Of a DNA stretch of 64,000 nt, positions 25,201 to 38,839 are shown in pieces. The position numbers and the translations under genes are program-made. This DNA comes from Phoronis australis (Eukaryota; Animalia; Phoronida), in NCBI GenBank assembly GCA_002633005.1, contig NMRA01000187.1, forward strand, positions 553,740-617,739, written 5' to 3'. How positions within the stretch are numbered: the first letter of the stretch is position 1; each line of letters starts with the position of its first letter. The notes below the pieces were generated by a model that was given only the letters and a program-made list of their open reading frames with translations, was not told the DNA's origin and searched no databases.

Positions 25201-28200
25201 TGATTTAGGTAAGACAAATTTTAAATTTTAGTCAACTTTTAGATAAAACTTAAATTTGTCTTCAAGTCCGTTTCAAGAAAGAGATCTTAAGTTTGGCTTA
25301 AGTCTCTGACTTAAGTTTTGTCTAAATTTTGACTATTAAGTTTCTGGATGTGGAAATTTCAAATTTTGAGAGTTGAGACAAATTTTAGATTTAAGTAAAA
25401 AATGAACTTTATAAGTAATGTCGTGGAATGGGCCCCAATGTTATTAATTAATTCAGAGGCAATAATCTGATATAACATGCCCATATTTTGAGAACCAGTT
25501 TGATGCCCGTCAGAGGCGGATCTACGGGGGGGGTTCAGGGGGTTTAAACCCCCCCCTTGGGCCAGGACCCAAAATTAAAAAAAAAACAAAAACGTCGTCA
25601 CCAAAACAAAAACGACACCACCAGCGTGTGTAAACCCCAAGTAAACCAACTTGGAAAAAAATNTCTTACAGATATCTTGTCTCCCGAATTTGGTAATTTG
25701 GTATCGTCAGCTCAGTTCAACTATTGCATAGATATACCCTGGTTGGTTCAGCAGTATCCAGCCCAGTTCAGGTAGCAAATATATTCATGCAAGATGGCCC
25801 AATGAAATTTACTCAGAAGCACATGTTTGACTCGTATTTAAAAGAGAACATAACATAATATCTTTTTCATTGAATTACTCTAAGCGTTTCCTAAGGATAA
25901 CCTATTTTCTGTCAGTTTCTTGAGCCCTGTGATATATCTGATGACGCCCAACAAGGAATTGGAAACTGATTGTCCAATAAATGATGCTTTGTACAAAGAA
26001 TATTTTATTTGTAGCTAGGCAGTAAGACTCTGATGAATGTTGAAATGGCTGTTTTGGCATGTGTTATTTAGCAAAATAACACAAAAATTACTTTCCAGGT
26101 CGCGACCACTTCTTATCGTTCATGGAGAACAGAGAGAAAGTAAGAGTAGGTTGGATTTAGAGGCAATGAAGTTCCCTCATGTGAAGTTGTGTCAGGCTCG
26201 ACTGGACATCATGTATGGAACACATCACACGTATGTCTTTTGCGAAACTTCTCTAGTTCTTGCCTTCTTAGTGCTTTGCTGGAGTTCCTTGGACACGAAC
26301 GTGCCATCTTTGTTTTGATAAAATCTCACCAATTTAGGACACAATAAAGCAGACAAGTGAATTCTTGGTTTTTTTTTTAGGTTTCATCTATGCAAATGAT
26401 ACATAGCACCAAGTTAACAGGTCTCCATGTTAAAGCTCTATATCATTGCTAACGAAATACAATATTTTGGAAAATTGTGGGCATTCACACAGTGATAGAA
26501 GCCCTGGCTTGTAAAATGAAAAAAAGCTGTTTTGGCATTTTTTTGTCTAAATTTGGTGAGACTTTACCATAAACTCATGCATAGTTTATGTTTTATAGTA
26601 TTGTCACTCACTGCGCATTCGGTCTTCATTTAAAGCCATGCTTTTGTCAGTTTCATTCTTTGGACATCACCAGTGCAATATAGTCCAGGGGCCCATTCCA
26701 AGAAAACCGATTTAGGTAAGACAAATCTTAAATTTTAGTCAACTTTTAGATAAAACTTAAATTTGTCTTCAAGTCCGTTTCAAGAAAGAGATCTTAAGTT
26801 TGGCTTAAGTCTCTGACTTAAGTTTTGTCTAAATTTTGACTATTAAGTTACTGGATGTGGAAACTTCAAATTTTGGGAGTTGAGACAAATTTTAGATTTA
26901 AGTAAAAAATGAACTTTATAAGTAATGTCGTGGAACGGGCCCCAATATTATTAATTAATTCACAGGCAATAATCTGATGTAACATGCCCGTATTTTGAGA
27001 ACCAGTTTGATGCCAGTTATTCAGTGGAAAAAACTGGTTCTCGAAAGTCGGCACGTTATATCAGACCATTACCAATTCAAGTCAATTTTGTATGGTTTCA
27101 GTAAAATGATGCTGCTACTGTATGACAGTGGAATGAGAGTTGTCATCCACACAGCCAACCTTGTACAGCAAGACTGGCATCAGAAAACACAGGGGTAAGT
27201 TTTTAGTTTTTATGTTTAATGATTGTTTTATGCATAATAACTCTATTCTTCCAAATTTATGTTCAATAATCTGCTAAACATGCAACCTCCGAATTTTTAA
27301 AATGTTTTCCATTATGTTCATGTCTTGTTTCATCCCCACCCCCAATTTATAAAGTTAGAGGTTTCAGTTCTTTTAAAGCATCTGCCCTTTTTAATGCCAA
27401 TTTCAGCTCTCAAAATTTGGGTAATTTGCTTACTTTACTATCTAATATTATCTACGGTAAAGCCTGGCATGTAAGACCATGGCCTCATACGTGAAATCAA
27501 GAATTTTTTGGAACACTTACTGAATGCAGCAGCTTTGAATATACATCCATTGTATTAGCCAACCAATAGTTTTATACCTGACAGTACTTTTTTGGTTATC
27601 AATAGCTGTTTTGCAGGAAATACAACAGAAATGATGACTGGCCACGACGTGGTATTTTTAGGTGATCCCAAATGTTTGATTTTGCCTAATTCCATGGTCA
27701 TGCTATTTCTACGGAACAATCATCATTTTTGTTTAAATTGATTAAAATATTGGTTGACTTAAACCTTTCCATAAAAATGCTGAATAAATATTATAAAACA
27801 ATTTGATAAATGTTGTCAATTTCATATTCGAATTAATGCTTTTGTTAAAGTCAGAATGAATGAAGGCTACCCTTGGCCTCATATTCAAGCAAAAGGCCAT
27901 CACCTTATTTACCAGGTTTGACGGTAAATAAATGTGTCTATTTTGGTCTTGCAGGAATACAAACGTTTCCAAATTTTTCAAACATTTTGCTTTAATCTAA
28001 ACATCCTATTCTCGGCACGACACCCACGCCCTTATTTCTGAGTTTTTTATCGACCTGGATATTAACTCACACAATACACTCAGGTACCTTATCTAAGAGA
28101 CAGTGTCCTGTCCATTTAGGTCTGTTTGATGTCACAGTGCATTGTTAATGCGTTCCAGGTGTTATTTGTTCTCAAGGAATCTCAGTTTTTGGCCATAACC

Positions 28201-31200
28201 TTAGCAGAAACAAATTGACAAAACTTACATGATGACATTCATGTTTGAATAAGTACAGTTATTCGCACTTATACATTTGGCTGAACTTAATCAAGCACCA
28301 GTGGCGATACAATTGATGATAGCTGACTGAAGTTCAGGGAAATGTCTGACTTTTATTCAAGTATGAATGCTATCATGAAAAGTTTTATTGTTTTATTTTG
28401 GTTTTGGTTGTGGAGAATGCAACAATCTTGCTCATAAATATTAACAACTTTTGTATAAGTGACCAGAGCTGTAACCTTTAAGTCGGGTTGTTTATTAGCA
28501 AAAGCGTTTCTTCATGAACTTTTTGGTTAGAATTTTTTACAAAGTTAACGATCTCTGCCTGTTCACTGTCTTTTATTTGTTACAGATGCACTGAACCTTG
28601 CTTTAAAGAAATTGAAATCCATGTTTTGCAGTGTTTGGGTGAGTCCTCTTCTGCCAAAGTTGATGGGGACATCTGGTGGTGACTCCCCTACATTTTTCAG
28701 AAAGGATCTTGTGGAGTACCTCAGTGCTTATAAATCTGCAGCTTTAAGTGGTTGGACAACACACATCCAGGAACATGATTTTTCGTCAGTAAGGTACAAA
28801 ATATCTGTGTTGGTGTTCCCCTTACTAGAATGCTAATTCATCGCAGTTACCCAGTTGTTGAAATGTTTTTGTTAATCACTTCTCGCTCTTTGTGTAATTC
28901 TTAAAATGGACCTCAAAAAGAACTCGCTCGTACGTCTGCTCATAACGTTTCATTGCATTGAACTGTGACAGGGACAAAGTGGCGTTACATAAGCTCAAAA
29001 ACATATTTGGATCTCGTCTTTTTTTACAAAGTATGCCTGATGTCGGCTTATATAGTTTGGTTATAATTTTTTTTACAAAATTCACCTGATATCAGTTTTT
29101 AAATAGTAGTGTGCATGGTGTAAGCCAAAAACTAGGACCAAAATACTTCTTCTGCTTATTATTTATTTATCGTTGTCTGTGCTTCCGGTTATAAATTTGT
29201 CACAGTGTTTAATATTTTTTTGATAAGGAGTGAAACACGTTGGTCTGTTAACATACCAGTCAGTTAAAATTTTTCTATTTTAAAGTTTTTTTGTTTTTAA
29301 TATGCGTCATTTTCTGCAACATTTGTTTCAAATTTCTACAGTGTTCATTTGGTTAGCTCAGTTCCTGGTCGTCACACTGGTGATAAGAAATGCAAGTTTG
29401 GCCATCTGAAGTTACGAACAGTAAGTTAATACATATTAACTGATGCCAATTTCTTAAACGTGATTTATGCTGCATGTGAACTCTTGATAGTTTTGGCATT
29501 CCGGTTATTTCCGTCCAATTTTTGCTTGTGCAAAAAAACACTGGTTTAATCTTAGACTTCCTGTGCAGCTGGTTGTCAAGGTAACTGTAAAGCTGTGTGT
29601 CACTCTGACTCACATTTTGTAATTAAAGCAATAATTGTTCAATGTGTTGAAAGGGTCACATAAAAAATTGTTTACTTACGTGCTGTGTGATTGGGGGAAA
29701 GACTTCATATTACTGAAACCTGATGTACTCAACAGTGATTTTGATTCTTTGTGAAAATGACTTTGCAATCATATTAAAAACTAAACATCTGTAAAACAAA
29801 AGGAAAGGAAATTATTTTGTTTACAGTGTAGAAAGGTGAATTGGTTTATGACTTAATGAGGGAAAACCATCTTCTTTCTCAGTTTTTGTTGCCTCAGAAA
29901 TTCATGAAAACTTCACTAAAAGTAAAGGTCATGTCACTTTGAACAATTGCTTGTGATATTTTTTAGTTTGGCTTATTTTCAACATTTAAGGCCTTGGCCC
30001 ACATGTTACATAAAATTTACATTTCTACACAATCATGTATCCTTTTATTGTTTTGTGGAAGATTTTTACAGGATAGTGTTTGTTATGTACCAATGGTCAG
30101 TTACTGAAAAGTGATTCAGCGAAACATGGGATCCTTACCAATACTGACAATTTGAAATATCTTTATACATACAGATTTGAGTGCTGGAAATTTGAGCACG
30201 AATTTTTTAAGTTTTAATTTGTTATTGTATTGCTGTAGATCTTGAGTAAGAACGGCCCAGCCTCTGCGACTCAGGTCAAAGGATGGCCTGTGATTGGTCA
30301 GTTTTCAAGCATTGGATCTCTGGGGTCGACAAAAGATACATGGTTATGCGGTGAATGGCTGCGCAGTCTATCATCAACGCAGTGTGTACAGTCATTTGGT
30401 GGTGGGATGTCTGGTTTGAAACTGGTGAGCTTCATTTACCTTCTTCACAGGAATGGTAAATCTATGACAACCACGACTATAATTGGCAAATATATGCCAC
30501 TTATTTCTTATAGTAAACCTCAAGCCTTATGTTGAGTAAATTTTTATTTTTACTTTTTTCCAGTACACCAAATTTAGCCTTGGCATACTTTTAAAAATCT
30601 TAGTGTTACCTTGACAGGGTTGTCTAAGAATGCCATGACTTATTCACGATTTGACCTACTAATAATGTACTGGCACGGGATGTGAGTTGGATCAGGTTTC
30701 TGCTAGCACTTATAGAGCTGAAATGTTCTTTGTATCTGTGGTGCTTTCAAAACCAAAGCGTCAGCTATGACTAATTGTCAATTACAAATTTTATCTGTTT
30801 CCTAGAAGATTAATATAGCAATCTTGTTAGAAGTGATTACTCGATACATTCAAGTTCACTCCTCATCATAATAATCAATTTGCTTTGTGTGTGTTTTTGT
30901 CATTTTACAACTAGATATATCCAAGTAAAGAGAATGTTCGACAAAGTCTGGAGGGTTATGCTGCGGGCGCGTCTTTACCTTACAGTATCAATACTGCAAA
31001 GAAACAATTGTATCTCAAGGAGTTTCTACAGTAAGTGTGACGTAAATGTTGCTGTTGCCAATGCCGACTTCGCTGTTGCTTAGTGACTGTAGCAACGCAG
31101 GACTGGATTCAATGTCTGGTTTATTTTCTGATCGTCATACACATCAACTTAATGTATCTCTAGACAGAACCTTTGATTTGGAGGCCGAATATTGGCCTCG

Positions 31201-34200
31201 TTCCTCTGTGACAAATATATAAAAATTACACGAAATTTCTCTTATCAGGCCTAAAATTCCACACTAAGGAAACAAGATTCCCCCATCAAGGTTACTCACT
31301 TCCTAATAGATTCAAAACGTTAATTTTGGTGACTTCAAGCATTGCCAGTGATGATGGGGGGGGGGCAACCAGAGGGTGGACATTGGGTTGGGGTGGGGTT
31401 GGTTTCCGCTCACCCAAAAAATTCCTCATGCAGGAATTACTGCCACCTTCCCCGTCAGTTGAGTGAGAACCCTGGTGGCACCAACAGTCATTACAAACAT
31501 TCATAGTCAAATCTTAAATGTTAAATTACATCTCAATTTAAAAGTGTTCGTGATTGTTCCGCTCTTAAAAATGCAGGATTTTGGTCAAACCTTTATTCAT
31601 CGTGCGAATATTCAGCTATTCAGTGATGCCTCTGTTGTCACTACTCAAAGAATGTGACAAACCAGCCCATCAATCACCTGCCGTTACTCTCTTGAAGACA
31701 TGTGACAATGCACTGTTTACTTTTCAGCGAGTGGAAGTGTAGCAGGTTTGGTCGTGACAGGGCTTCACCACACATCAAGACATACACAAGGATATCACCA
31801 GATTTGAAGCAATCGGCATGGTTCCTGGTGACAAGGTATTAGATAGGGAAATCAACTGTATTGACTTAAAATAAGTTAAGAAAATTTGTCGGTTTTTAAT
31901 TGTTTGGCTGGCATCTAAGTTTAAGCCACCTACAGGGATAAGTTCAGGTGGTCAAATGTTGTCGGCTTCAAACCAATGGTGAGTACCACAGAGGCGAGAA
32001 TCTATTGAAAATGCAAAAGCATGCAAGATATCACTATATGTATAACAAGCAAAGCATGTGACTGCACTAGCTTTCTTAGTGAGATTCTAGCCTCTAAGGA
32101 ACTCAGCCCAGGGTTGAATCATGTTTGCCAGTTGGCAGTAAGGAATGGAAACAATCAATTAACTTGTCATTCCATATGTTTTATCATGGAAACTTGCAAA
32201 TGCTAACTAGGTTTACTTAGTAAGTCTGATTTTGGGTACTTTTAAGTTTTAAATTTATGAATGATCTCATCAAGAAATGCTTGTATTTGTTGAGTTTAAC
32301 TCAATGAAAGAATAATTATTTTATTTTCTAAAAGTAGAAAGTGTGCAGGTTTTTGTAACTTTACATCACTGTCATTGACTGAGTCTTGTGATTATTAAAA
32401 TTTAGCAAACAGAAAAGGTATGTTCATAGCGAAACTGGTATCATTATTAATTGAAGATCAAATTTCAAAAAAGCTGTACAATTTTCTGAATTTTCTTTTC
32501 ATTTTTGTTTTATGATTTTTTCTTAAAAACTCCCCAAGAGCCTGCACCAGATGTTATGCTGTGGCTATGATGGATGATTATCCAACTACATGTTTTAGTC
32601 TAAAACTTACTTTGACCATTTTGGTTGCAGTGCCAACCTGTCTAAAGCTGCTTGGGGCGTGCTGGAGAAGAACCAGTCTCAACTGATGATCAGATCCTAT
32701 GAGATGGGCGTCTTGTTCCTTCCTCAGTTCTTTGTAAGATCATTTGACTTCAATGGTCTGTGTTTGAAGCCGTGTTTATTAGTATTTATTACATGATGAG
32801 GGTTTTATTTCCTATATCTAGACACCCATTGGAGGTGAGCATCCCTCGGGACTTTGGGAAATAGTGATCAAAAATATGTAATAATCAATTTATCTCCCAT
32901 TTTAAGTAATAAACTACAAAACCCCAAAATAAAAATGAATTAGAAATAAATTATTCAACTTCGATGTAACATTATCCCTATGTCACTATGTCATGCATGT
33001 TAGCGTCCTCCACAGCACATTGTAAATTTAAATTAAACATGTTTCTATCAAACCACAATGTCCCTCCCATTTGTTCTGTTTTTAATAATTTTGGGGTTAT
33101 TTACATGTAAGTTATTCATGGTTTTCGGTTGTTAATGTAGCAAAATTGACTAAGTTAAATTGAACTTTTAGTGACTGGTTGTTGTTGTAAACGCTGCAGC
33201 AGTTAAACTCTGACTAACAACTTGCTGGAATCTTTTGGTAGTTAAATTAAACTTTTGTCACAATGCAATTGCATTTTTGCGAAACTTTATGGAGTGAGTC
33301 AATTGTAAAGTTATTGCACCTAACCGCTAGTTCTTTATTTGTGAATGAATTTGCAAGGTAAGTTGTTGCAATTCTTTGGGCAAAACATTGAGATGTTGCC
33401 CAGCTTTAGCCATAATTGAAATGGGTCAAGTATCATTATTGTCCACGACCTCGTAGAAGCAATGTGTGGTGAAAAGTTCTGTAGCTGTGTTGAAGTTATT
33501 GGTTTTATTTATAGTTGCAAACAATTGGATGGCAAGTGGGTGTTGTTGCTGAAGCTCACGCCAGAAATGTGGTTTTACTCCCCCACACAACTATTTTCGA
33601 AAATTAATTTATTCTCGCTTGCACTAAATCGCCATATCTGAGAATTTTCACAAAACTGTTAGTTACTGAGGCAATTTCTATGAATCATTTCTTGACTGTG
33701 ATGCGCTCTAAATTACTTTGCTAAAACTTAGCAATTGTGAAACAAGAGCGGAAGACCAAGTGTCTATCTTGATTAGTCTTAAGTCACTTTGATGAAACAG
33801 ATTTCTGGTACAAATTTAGTAATCTCTTTTGATACCGTTTGATCTGATCATTTCAGAATTGCAACGAATTTTTGCCAATTGGTGATGACGCTCAGAACTC
33901 CTTCCCTTTACCATTTGATGTTCCATTAAAAGCCTATTCACCTAACGGTAAGCATTGGACTCGCATTCTTTTTGTTCATGGAAAATGTGAGTTTGATTTC
34001 TCTGATCCTTTCAATTGGTTAGTATCTGAGCATTGTCTAGGGATTGAGGTGAACTATGCCGTCTGGGTCCATATACAAAGGGGTGTAAACAATTCCATAT
34101 CAATGCCTCTAAATTTCAGCTACAACTCTCTGATCCCAAGTCGTAGACCAGTGATCACCAAATTTGCTACACACAAATCATCAGACCCATGCCCCTAAGC

Positions 34201-36043
34201 TCCACGCACGACTTGCTGGTTCTGGGTGAGGAATCTGATACCTGGTACTGGAGTTTGGTCTGTGTTAAAATGGGGCACTTTCTATGCTCGTGTGCTTACC
34301 CTTTATGGGGTCTGGGGATTTTAATTACCAGTTTGGAGTCATTTGCTNATCATTTCTTGACTGTGATGCGCTCTAAATTACTTTGCTAAAACTTAGCAAT
34401 TGTGAAACAAGAGCGGAAGACCAAGTGTCTATCTTGATTAGTCTTAAGTCACTTTGATGAAACAGATTTCTGGTACAAATTTAGTAATCTCTTTTGATAC
34501 CGTTTGATCTGATCATTTCAGAATTGCAACGAATTTTTGCCAATTGGTGATGACGCTCAGAACTCCTTCCCTTTACCATTTGATGTTCCATTAAAAGCCT
34601 ATTCACCTAACGGTAAGCAATGGACTCGCATTCTTTTTGTTCATGGAAAATGTGAGTTTGATTTCTCTGATCCTTTCAATTGGTTAGTATCTGAGCATTG
34701 TCTAGGGATTGAGGTGAACTATGCCGTCTGGGTCCATATACAAAGGGGTGTAAACAATTCCATATCAATGCCTCTAAATTTCAGCTACAACTCTCTGATC
34801 CCAAGTCGTAGACCAGTGATCACCAAATTTGCTACACACAAATCATCAGACCCATGCCCCTAAGCTCCACGCACGACTTGCTGGTTCTGGGTGAGGAATC
34901 TGATACCTGGTACTGGAGTTTGGTCTGTGTTAAAATGGGGCACTTTCTATGCTCGTGTGCTTACCCTTTATGGGGTCTGGGGATTTTAATTACCAGTTTG
35001 GAGTCATTTGCTCCTGGACTGGGGCTTAGAGGGTGCCGGCTGGAATTCAGTTGAGGCACAGCACCCTAGAATTGTTTTCACCCCCTTGTAAATGGACCTG
35101 ACATGCTCTAGTAAGTGCAGTTTACCTCGACCCAATATCTCGGCACAGGGAAAGTTTTAAACAAAATTCAGTTTTTAAAAAAGCTTCAAGGTTTCTTTTT
35201 ACACTAATGTGTTCTGTAGGTTGTTTTGGTTATTTTAAATACTATTAAAATAGAGCTACGTTTCGTGAAATGGGGACGGTTGCACACAATTTGATGACAA
35301 TGACGCAAATAACCAGGTAGGGGAGCCAGCTCATATGACCAGTGGTGACACAAATGGGGGTTGAAAGAGGTCATGTTGATCATGATGACTTATGTGCCAC
35401 CCCAGGCAGCATTAATCCTACTTCAGTCCCTAATATATTTCAATATTGATGTCTGTTTATTTCATCAGTCGCCCGTGTCCATCTCATTTCCCATTACTTT
35501 GTCAATAGTCGGAATTTGACGAGCCAGTTATCACAGTTTCTAAACTTTCATGGCTGGGTTATTTTGTTTGGGATCAGGGAACAGAGATGGGCATCGGTGA
35601 TAGATAGCACTGTCAGACAGTTAAACAAAATGAATACACGCAGTGCAGACCATTTTTGGCACTGTGGTCTATAAAAACTGAATTCGTCATTGAAGGTTGA
35701 GCATTTTCAGTCTTTGAATTACAAAAATCGGTACAACAGAATAAAGAGAAACAGGTGCATTGCAACTGCTGCTCCTTTGTTGAATACCCTCTGCCCTCCC
35801 TCTGTAGGCTTCCTGAGCCTTACATGTAATACACAGTCTGTGACAAGGGTGTGTACCCAATTCCAAAATAGACCACATCTGACTGATCTTAATCCTTCTT
35901 AAAGAATCCAGTGTGAAAATGTTAAAATATGTTTACATTTATATTTGATTTGACTAATTTTTGTTTTAGATCAGCCCTGGATTTGGGATATACCATACAA
36001 GGATAGACCAGACTCCAAAGGAGTGATGTGGGTTCCGTCATGA
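22293..36043 (+). CDS. TDP1: Tyrosyl-DNA phosphodiesterase 1 with N-terminal PBZ zinc finger, about 599 aa, 13 coding exons
   Basis: Exons 22293-22689, 23007-23165, 24169-24268, 24596-24727, 27102-27194, 28632-28793, 29342-29420, 30239-30424, 30915-31030, 31728-31835, 32631-32733, 33857-33947 and 35970-36043 total 1800 nt in frame, counting each duplicated exon once. Both catalytic motifs are present (GTHHTKMMLLLY..VIHTANL and [21 protein letters not shown]), plus [24 protein letters not shown] and a C-terminal [13 protein letters not shown]. Confidence 0.96.
24815..25060. mobile_element. Small inverted-repeat element (MITE-like), also present in the duplicate copy
   Basis: taaaatctcaccaattt ... 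aaatttggtgagatttta. Confidence 0.5.
25181..25436. mobile_element. MITE with GGGGCCCATTCCA terminal inverted repeats (PIF/Harbinger-like ends); duplicate at about 26687-26943, diverged inverted copy at about 36938-37196
   Basis: Perfect 13-bp TIR ggggcccattcca / tggaatgggcccc. The 37.17-37.20 kb sequence taaatcagttttcttggaacgggttcctgg is a close reverse complement of its left end. Confidence 0.8.
33684..35012 (+). repeat. Tandem near-identical duplication (33684-34347 vs 34349-35012) containing one TDP1 exon; probable assembly artefact
   Basis: Two copies of about 664 bp abut at a single N (34348) and differ at very few bases. Confidence 0.92.
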
Positions 36044-38839
36044 ATGAAGTGTTAAACAGTGACTGATGATTGGTTTAAATAAATCATGCAATTTAATTGG
36101 TTCTTGGTTTTCATGATGGTAGCTATGTGCTATGTCTGAAGTCCATATACTTAGTTACCCCAATCTATTATTATCCCAAATATTGTGTCACTGACCAAAC
36201 AGCATACTTCATAGATGTCACTGCTAAAATGTGTTCTGTGAACTTCACAAATGTCAAACTGTTTCAAGTTTGATGTATACATTTTCAGTGTTTATGATTT
36301 TGTGAATTTATTTTTGAACACGTGAAACCAGTGTCTCTTAACATGCTGTTTAGGTCTACACTGTACCTGTAGTTCGTAATTGAGCTATTGTAACTAGATC
36401 TGTCTGAATACATGTGTCTGTCACACAAGCTCGGTCCTGTGATTTTCGCTTTTAAGGAATTTGAAGACAACGATATTTATAGAAACTCTAAACGGAGATA
36501 AACAAAACAGGTTTTTCTTTCAAAGATTTGTAAACCAGACCCAGCCGTCTAATCTCCAAACTTGAAATCTAACTCAAAACTATTTTGTACTTTTTTCACT
36601 CTCCTTTGATACAAACTCAAGATAACTGTCTATTAGGCTGCGTCCGGGTCCATTATGGTACACGTAGATAAATTTTTAGTCCCAGTCTAATTTTTGTTTT
36701 GGTGAACCTTAAATAAAAGCCATGAACTCCAGCAAAAATCGAGATTTCGAGTTTATACCTTGACTGATTATACCTTACAATGTAGGGGTCATCACGTGGC
36801 AGTTAGTGTTAGAAGCACTTCAACACAAAACAATAGGCATTTATCTTGAGGTCATATTAAGACTAGAATGGAAAAGGTCAAAATTAATATCGAGTCGGTC
36901 CGATTTCGACTGAGTACATAAAGAGACTTCAGCCGCAAGGGCCCGTTACAAAACACCTACTTCAGTTCATTTTTGACTTTTTAAGGCTTAAGGTTTGTCC
37001 CAACTAACAAACTTTGAAACTTCCACATTCCGTAAGTTACGTCAAATTGAGAAAAAACAGTTATGTCAAAAACCTAAGTCAAACAAAGATAATTTTCTTC
37101 GGAGCAGACTTGGGACAAATTTAACTTTTATTTTGAAATTGACCTTAGTTTAAGATTTGTGTTGGGTAAATCAGTTTTCTTGGAACGGGTTCCTGGTCTT
37201 TGGTATGCATTCGATTATTACAGTCGACGGATTCGACGAACTCTTCCGCCGTCCTTTCTTAAGAGGTAACTGATTAGCTCTCGGGAAAAAGCAATTTGTA
37301 TACAATAAAGCTGACTTGGGATGTATAGTAAAGTTATAAAAGAACAAATGTTATATTTATAATTCGGGTTTAGCCAAGACGGTAGTACGCTTTCAATTCA
37401 GTTTCTACACAGTTCATTTACTTGTATGGTGAAGGAGGTTGTTATAAAGTTTGAATAATAAAAAAATACCATCTTCACGTCGGTTGCAATGTTTTAGCTC
37501 TTCAACAACGTGCCTGTGACTGTACTGACGGTCTTTGATGAAACAGGTCCTACGTTCATCGTTGCTACGCTGTTCGAATGTTCGCCTAAGATTAATTCAG
37601 CTCAGCGAAGTTTGTGTTTGGCGATTTAATCACTCCCATGTTGGTAAACAGATATTATGGTGCGAGAAAACATGTGCATTAGTATCCATTCTAACCAAAG
37701 CATTCACTCGTGTAAAAGGGAAATATTTACAGACGGGTATCCAAAGGGGGTACAGACCCTTCCTGCTCGGCATCTCTTGTGTATTACTGTAGTGGAGGAA
37801 AGTGCTCACCATATAACCCTGTCCCTTTCAAGCCGATCCCCGTCTCTTGACGTCATTGATGCGAGCTTTATTACAGGCACTCCCCTAATAAACATTTCAT
37901 TTTTATACTTACTTTACTGAAAATAATGCTTTTAAGTTCCCGGCATAATCACACATTTCGTCTAAGACTTGTCTGAAACTGTGCCTTGTGAAACATGGCG
38001 TTAATTGTAATTCAAGGCAAAGTAATTTTCACCAAATTTTTGTCGTCCACACATAAATATGCCCTCTGATTTCACGCGATATCAGTATTCATGATGATAA
38101 AGGTAAAAATGAGCGCTAACCTCGGTTGGAAATGCATGGTTCACTTTCTCCGTGAAAACTTCCAATCAAAAGGTTCTCTTGGAGCCTCAGTCTTTAAAAG
38201 TTACCATTTTCAACTACTGCTAGTGACAAGAGTTTTCAATCTATTTAAAATGCTTTTATTGCAAAAGATATACTCAATTTGGCGGCATGTCATCTCTTGT
38301 ACCATTTCGGACTTAATGAGATGCAATGCATCTGTCCTATAATCTTACCAAAGGGCTAAGTTTGTGATACTAGCCGCTACAAAAAGATTTGTCGTGAAAC
38401 AACCCCTGCGAATGCAACCTGCCGTAACACTGAAGTGATGGGGTTCCATTTTCGAGAGCATTGTCTAAATAGTTGAGTATCGTAATTTACAATAGTCGAG
38501 TACCTTTCCAAAATACGTTTGTTCTTTCGTGGGAAAAGTTGTTGGCACGCCACATTGGAAGTCGCGAGCAAACAAAACAACGCCTCGACATTTTGCTCAC
38601 GAACTATCTCAAACAAAGGTTGTTTTTTTTTTCAATATTACAGCCGCTATGCATATTGGCTTTGTGTTCATCTCAATATCGAAAAATTTTTGTAAAAGTT
38701 CTATAAACCTGATAAGAACCATGTGCTTATATCTCATGGATGTTGACACAGCAGAGCATTTTCTACAAATATTGAGCGCTGGATCGCTTATCTCAGATAC
38801 TGAGGATCAGTTCATCTGGACATAACACGGTCACCAACC

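Larger units (their letters stand above)
24161..27014 (+). repeat. Near-identical duplication (24161-25507 vs 25664-27014) containing two TDP1 exons; probable uncollapsed haplotypes
   Basis: The copies differ only by scattered SNPs and homopolymer lengths, and the second begins immediately after a single N at 25663. Confidence 0.9.

Noticed and set aside
33684-35012. Genuine TDP1 exon duplication or novel 108-aa duplicated gene
   Set aside because: The copies are near-identical through the introns and abut at a single N, and a second 91-nt exon would shift the frame. The 108-aa ORFs are exon read-through into intron.
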